Source of the DNA: Octopus sinensis | Lineage: Eukaryota | NCBI RefSeq assembly: GCF_006345805.1 | Contig: NC_042997.1 | Coordinates: forward strand, 132,122,001-132,186,000 | Direction of reading: 5' to 3' | Length of the DNA: 64,000 nucleotides | Part shown: positions 63,801 through 64,000 of the stretch, one piece after another | How the letters are laid out: each line of letters starts with the position of its first letter | Position numbering within the stretch: the first letter of the stretch is position 1 | Program-made: the position numbers and the translations under genes | Notes under the pieces: generated by a model | Seen by the model: the letters and a program-made list of their open reading frames with translations, nothing else | Told to the model about the DNA's origin: nothing | Databases searched by the model: none

Positions 63801-64000
63801 TAAAGCTCAACACCCGGTCACAGAAGTGAAACAGAGATCGTCTAATACTTCTAATGCAATGTATATTCAACAAATATTGAGATAAAAATACGCGCTGATA
63901 AACGGGGGAGTGGGGTAGGGGGCTAGGAAATTACAGACGATCAACCGTAAGGAATCCGAGCAGTATAGCTCAACACCCGGTCACAGAAGTGAAAACGAAA
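33879..64000. repeat. 162-bp tandem satellite array, about 185 monomers, with higher-order repeats; runs off the right end
   Basis: GGTCAC anchor recurs at 34041, 34203, 34364 and 34526. The spurious ORFs repeat every 54 codons. No interrupting elements seen. Confidence 0.98.

Noticed and set aside
33895-63885. Dozens of ORFs with a 54-aa repeat (QQILRQKCALTNGGVG...) suggesting a giant repetitive protein
   Set aside because: The monomer length is simply divisible by 3. Class A monomers carry an in-frame TGA, frameshifts are frequent, and there are no splice signals or recognisable domain.
33960-64000. CRISPR-like regular repeat pattern
   Set aside because: The whole unit is repeated with no unique spacers, there are no cas genes, and the context is eukaryotic.

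Overview
AT-rich, microsatellite- and SINE-dense metazoan DNA. The SINE families look like those of Octopus (coleoid cephalopod); this is recognised from memory, not searched. Left half (1-33.9 kb): the 5' part of a minus-strand SPAG16/PF20 (axonemal central-apparatus) gene. I reconstructed seven coding exons by hand (32222-32264, 20671-20748, 17088-17161, 15196-15332, 11400-11537, 7062-7169, 2359-2543; 254 codons plus 1 nt, all splice phases compatible). The WD40 exons must lie left of the window. Intron 1 is an 11.5-kb U12-type (minor spliceosome) intron, and a perfect RFX X-box sits 13 nt upstream of the ATG. The introns hold mariner, Tc1 and DUF4817-type transposase relics, CR1 3' ends, mini-Helitrons, MITEs, several SINE families, and a same-orientation nest of R4/Dong-type retrotransposon ends in (TAA)n tracts. 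Two GC-rich, hairpin-rich islands (about 6.3-6.56 kb and 7.3-7.66 kb) and an internal NRF1/ETS/YY1 promoter-like cluster (7.68-7.77 kb) are unexplained. Right half (about 33.9-64 kb): an uninterrupted 162-bp satellite of about 185 monomers that runs off the window. It has two monomer classes and layered higher-order repeats (9-mer and 6/7-mer inside a 44-mer, then 15/17/17/25-mers), making it a candidate centromeric or pericentromeric array starting only 1.6 kb upstream of the gene.
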